In this document: one piece after another, positions 31,347-33,158 of the stretch
Layout of the letters: each line of letters begins with the position of its first letter
Numbering within the stretch: the stretch's first letter is position 1
Assembly (NCBI GenBank): GCA_037441105.1
Contig: JBBISW010000007.1
Coordinates: forward strand, 1 to 33,158
Direction: 5' to 3'
Length of the DNA stretch: 33,158 bases
Source of the DNA: Chloroflexota bacterium
Lineage (GTDB): Bacteria > Chloroflexota > Dehalococcoidia > GIF9 > UBA5629
Translations under genes and position numbers: made by a program
The notes under the pieces: model-generated
Told to the model about the DNA's origin: nothing
Databases searched by the model: none
What the model saw: only the letters and a program-made list of their open reading frames with translations

Positions 31347-31450
31347 CTGTCATTGCGAGCCCTTCCGCTCGGTGTCATTCTGAGCAAAGCGAAGAATCTC
31401 ACACATCTCAGGATAAACTCCACGTGGCAATCTCTGGGATTGCTTCGGCA
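31347..31450 (+). repeat. Composite interspersed repeat (family B, second copy), upstream of tRNA-Gly
   Basis: The sequence CTGTCATTGCGAGCCCTTCcGCTcggTGTCATTCTGAgc...GAAGAATCTC...CTCAGGaTAAACTCC...GGCAATCTC aligns with 7657-7755 in the same orientation. It also contains a local hairpin, GCAATC-tctgg-GATTGC. Confidence 0.85.
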
Positions 31451-31542
31451 CTTGGGCCTCTCACAACAGCAGGGACAAGCCGCCAAACACTCCTCTGGCC
31501 CAGTTGACATTAGGCCATCACGGCAGTAACATAACTGCTAAT

Positions 31543-31617
31543 GCGGGTGTAATTCAGTGGCAGAATGCTTGCTTCCCAAGCAAGACGTCGGCAGTTCGAA
31601 TCTGCTCACCCGCTCCA
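31543..31617 (+). tRNA. tRNA-Gly (anticodon CCC), with encoded CCA
   Basis: A cloverleaf folds by hand. The acceptor is GCGGGTG/CACCCGC. The anticodon arm is CTTGC-TTCCCAA-GCAAG. The T-arm is GGCAG-TTCGAAT-CTGCT. The discriminator is T, followed by CCA. Confidence 0.9.
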
Positions 31618-31824
31618 CTTCTAGCTTCCAAGCAATGCCTGCTTTCTGAATATCGGTTGTGAATACCTTGTTTTTGCTTAACTTTTATACAAGAAGGAGT
31701 TGATGTTGATTGTAGAAAGGGGATGTGGTAGACTTTCTAAGCCTGTGTAATCCGAACTTAATGTGCAGAAGCATAAGATGGTATTGCATAAATGCTGGGC
31801 ATTTAAGAGGTAGAAGATACAATT

Positions 31825-32097
31825 ATGAGAATAAAACTTAAGAACGAACAACTGAACATATTGGCAAAACGGCTCCGCTTCGAAGTAATGCTCCAACAAC
31901 CTCGAGATGTGCGAGGCATGCTGGATGTGCTAGGAAAAGACATACCCTGGGACGAAACGGGGCTTAACAAATTTGATAACTCACCCAGGAGACCGGGCAG
32001 ATTGACCTTTTCCGTGGAAGCAACCAAAGATGGATATATCTGCGACATACATCCGGCTCTAGCCCAATACATACACACCATCCTGGCTTCCGAATAG
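31825..32097 (+). CDS. Hypothetical protein (90 aa) between two tRNA genes
   Basis: An AAGAGG sequence lies 9-10 nt upstream of the ATG. I recognise no family for this ORF. Two overlapping antisense ORFs look like shadows of it. Confidence 0.4.
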   Translation: MRIKLKNEQLNILAKRLRFEVMLQQPRDVRGMLDVLGKDIPWDETGLNKFDNSPRRPGRLTFSVEATKDGYICDIHPALAQYIHTILASE

Positions 32098-32165
32098 TCA
32101 CATCTACAGACTATTCACAGCTAACTTTCCCCAGGTCACCACAGTGGCAACTATTCACAAAGTGT

Positions 32166-32195
32166 TTGAATATACCGCGGTAACGGCTATATAAT
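32166..32195 (+). promoter_or_regulatory. Candidate promoter of tRNA-Lys
   Basis: The sequence reads TTGAAT (32166-32171), an 18-nt spacer, then TATAAT (32190-32195). This is 14 nt upstream of the tRNA 5' end. Confidence 0.35.
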
Positions 32196-32208
32196 AAAGG
32201 CGTTCGAT

Positions 32209-32284
32209 GGGCCGTTAGCTCAGTTGGTAGAGCACCTGACTTTTAATCAGGGTGTCGCAGGTTCGATTCCTGCACGGCCTACCA
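32209..32284 (+). tRNA. tRNA-Lys (anticodon UUU), with encoded CCA
   Basis: The 5' end is GGGCCGTTAGCTCAGTTGGTAGAGC. The anticodon arm is CCTGA-CTTTTAA-TCAGG. The T-arm is GCAGG-TTCGATT-CCTGC. The 3' acceptor strand is ACGGCCT (G1-U72 pair), followed by A and CCA. Confidence 0.92.
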
Positions 32285-32687
32285 AAACTAATAAGTCTGC
32301 CCTGCTTCGAGATTTTGAAATGAGGGTTCAAAAGATTGATTGGGTCGTGTTTTACGCACTTTGGGCTCTGTGGATGCTGCTCTTGCCATTCATGTATCTT
32401 TGGGCTTTCATGAAAAGGCCAGGGCCCTAAGAGACAAACGCTATATTTCGGGCTTAGAGCTCGCCTACCTTCAAACCACAAAACACTGCCCCATAGCTCT
32501 ACAATAGTCCTTCCTCCCTCCTAACCTCTTTTTTGTGGCCTCGTTTCTGAGCCACCGCACCTCACAAGACATCCTAATGTTACCTGAGAAACACCGCCTA
32601 AACTAAATAAGGTCTGGAGAGTCTCTGATCCTGAAATTGCAGCAGCCCACTAGACAAGTGAGATTGAAAAAGCCGCGAACTGAAAGC

Positions 32688-32909
32688 TTAATCTCCTAGT
32701 TTCTTTAGGCTTAATACAAGTGCTGCGATGCCCGCACCAATACCTCCGAGTACAGAACCACCGATGACGCCGACCACAACAAGACGAATGACACTCCTAA
32801 TAATAGGAAACCCGTGAATTACTAGAATAATGTTACGTGTCAGAACAAGCACAAAAACAATTGAAGCTACTATCACAAAGACTTTTAGAGGAGTATTCCA
32901 CTTCTTCAT
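32688..32909 (-). CDS. Small two-TM membrane protein (hypothetical)
   Basis: AGGAGG lies 6 nt upstream of the ATG. The 73-aa protein has two hydrophobic helices, the second rich in Gly (VVVGVIGGSVLGGIGAGIAALVL). Confidence 0.6.
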   Translation of the reverse strand: MKKWNTPLKVFVIVASIVFVLVLTRNIILVIHGFPIIRSVIRLVVVGVIGGSVLGGIGAGIAALVLSLKKLGD

Positions 32910-33158
32910 GGTAACCTCCTTTTTACCTTAAATGGTGACTGAGTGTTGATTTCGATTATATATCCTTCCAAAGCAAAAAAATACCACCCTGCACCACTTC
33001 CAAGCAATAGTATGCCAAATATCCGTGTCTACATCTATTCGAGCTTAAAGAGGATTGGAGGTACATTGTTTATGAGACTTGGAAGACGAGTCGAGTTTGT
33101 CCGCGAAATTGACAACAGAAGGACGTGCTTTATGCATAAGAGGCAAACCATGACCAAA

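Noticed and set aside
32224-32430. A 68-aa ORF overlapping tRNA-Lys, and its internal 36-aa hydrophobic peptide starting near 32317.
   Set aside because: The 5' half is the tRNA gene itself. The internal ATG has no SD sequence, and I could see no supporting features.
33072-33158. A possible partial ORF at the right edge (MRLGRRVEFVREIDNRR...), following a GGAGG.
   Set aside because: Only 29 codons are visible, the SD spacing is long (10 nt) and there is no recognisable family. The evidence is insufficient to call it.

Overview
This is a 33.2-kb chromosomal segment made up mostly of housekeeping genes. Gene content suggests a Chloroflexota/Dehalococcoidia-type genome. That assignment is inference only, based on a division cluster with no murein genes, a B12-type NrdJ, and an OFOR plus 4-hydroxybutyryl-CoA dehydratase module.

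Contents from left to right:
(1) A minus-strand catabolic operon encodes a four-subunit 2-oxoacid:ferredoxin oxidoreductase (delta, alpha, beta, gamma), a tandem-ACT protein, an SDR, 4-hydroxybutyryl-CoA dehydratase and a crotonase. The alpha-subunit gene carries one in-frame TGA.
(2) ssrA (tmRNA) and smpB.
(3) comEA and comEC.
(4) A looser accessory-looking stretch (11.0-15.4 kb) holds a small excisionase-type HTH gene with a 17-bp tandem duplication, a membrane-anchored TlpA-like thioredoxin, a secreted S8 protease, a kinase fragment with only the ATPase domain, and a three-CARDB-domain membrane protein.
(5) A minus-strand block mog-trmD-rplS-priA-def.
(6) A collapsed dcw cluster (promoter, MraZ-box-like repeats, a small winged-helix-like ORF, mraZ, rsmH, ftsA, ftsZ) with no ftsL, ftsI, mur, ftsW or ftsQ genes.
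(7) nrdR and nrdJ, followed by an overlapping gene that fuses GAF, a restriction-endonuclease-fold-like segment and hypoxanthine phosphoribosyltransferase.
(8) A homocitrate/isopropylmalate-synthase-family gene without a regulatory domain, tsaA, tRNA-Gly(CCC), an orphan ORF, tRNA-Lys(UUU) and a small membrane protein.

Two interspersed repeat families lie in the intergenic DNA. One is a GTAG-headed REP/BIME-like double hairpin. The other is a composite 'gtcattgcgag...cgaagcaatctc' family that creates false ORFs. A tRNA-like T-arm/acceptor/CCA minihelix sits between two cistrons of the catabolic operon.

I found no recognisable defence system, CRISPR array, transposase or prophage. The items most worth follow-up are the GAF-X-HPRT fusion coupled to nrdJ, the extra first gene in the mraZ operon, the in-frame TGA in korA, the tRNA-like minihelix and the two repeat families.
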